Shown here piece after piece: positions 63,561 through 64,000 of a DNA stretch of 64,000 nt. The notes under the pieces were generated by a model. It was not told the DNA's origin. It was given only the letters and a program-made list of their open reading frames with translations, and ran no database searches. The position numbers were made by a program, and so were the translations under genes. The stretch's first letter is position 1, and each line of letters starts with the position of its first letter. This DNA is from Vicugna vicugna (Eukaryota), in the NCBI GenBank assembly GCA_013265495.1, contig MU058636.1, positions 9,108,239 to 9,172,238 on the forward strand, written 5' to 3'.

Positions 63561-64000
63561 GAACTTCGAGTTCTGTCTAACTCGTTCATGCGTCAAAGGA
63601 CAAACCCGGTCCGCAGACCACATCTTTCCTCTTGCCAAGAAGGCATCGCCTATGCAGCCACAGGTCGGCGAAGCCATAGATGGGCCGCGGGGAGGAATGC
63701 ACTTCACATCCGAGGCCTTTTCTCTTCCACGTGGAAACCACCCTATTCAGCGGTGCTAACAGGCTCTTTGAGAAGCTTCAGAGGAGTCTATAGTTGCTAT
63801 GTTAGTATGAATCTTGAAGGTGCAATTATCACATTGTTTATTCATTGTATAACAGTTTATTACTAAAAAGATTTTAACGTGTAGCTTGGAAAAAATGATA
63901 AACACATTGTTTATTGACAAGTTTTCTAACAGGTGAAGACAGCATTGAATTATGACCAAGGCTGGCTCGACCCACAGATGGCCTTTCCTCCTCCTTGAGA
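63440..64000 (+). other. FREM2: FREM2 3' UTR (partial)
   Basis: Follows the stop codon. No AATAAA was seen before the window end, so the UTR probably continues beyond it. Confidence 0.75.

Larger units (their letters stand above)
5362..64000 (+). other. FREM2: FREM2 gene, 3' portion (20 coding exons plus start of 3' UTR; 5' exons upstream of window)
   Basis: All 20 exons have AG/GT boundaries and compatible phases. Summed length is 3875 nt (2 nt of a split codon + 1291 codons including stop). Peptides such as [37 protein letters not shown] and terminal SDSSEV are recognisable as FRAS1-related ECM protein 2. Confidence 0.97.

Noticed and set aside
62879..63707. Long overlapping ORFs in alternative and antisense frames of the last exon
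   Set aside because: Expected by-product of extreme GC content (few stop codons); the products are low-complexity Arg/Pro/Ala/Gly.

Overview
Mammalian genomic DNA, probably camelid (a tRNA-Ala-derived Vic-1-like SINE and three copies of one young L1 subfamily). It carries the 3' part of FREM2 on the + strand: 20 coding exons (exons 5-24 by my recollection of human numbering), all with GT-AG boundaries. They splice into one uninterrupted 3875-nt frame ending at TGA 63437-63439 and encode Calx-beta repeats, the C-terminal ectodomain, a transmembrane helix and a PDZ-binding tail (-SSEV). The 5' exons and most of the 3' UTR lie outside the window. Introns hold ordinary mammalian repeats (L1, L2, MIR, MaLR LTR, Tigger1 and hAT derivatives). 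The most unusual features are an almost identical 4.38-kb head-to-tail duplication in the longest intron (real CNV or assembly artefact), a very GC/CpG-rich terminal coding exon with a poly-Arg juxtamembrane tail, and several odd splice-signal arrangements. I found no CRISPR array, functional tRNA/rRNA gene or convincing new multi-gene system. Repeat subfamily names and human comparisons are from memory, not from searches.
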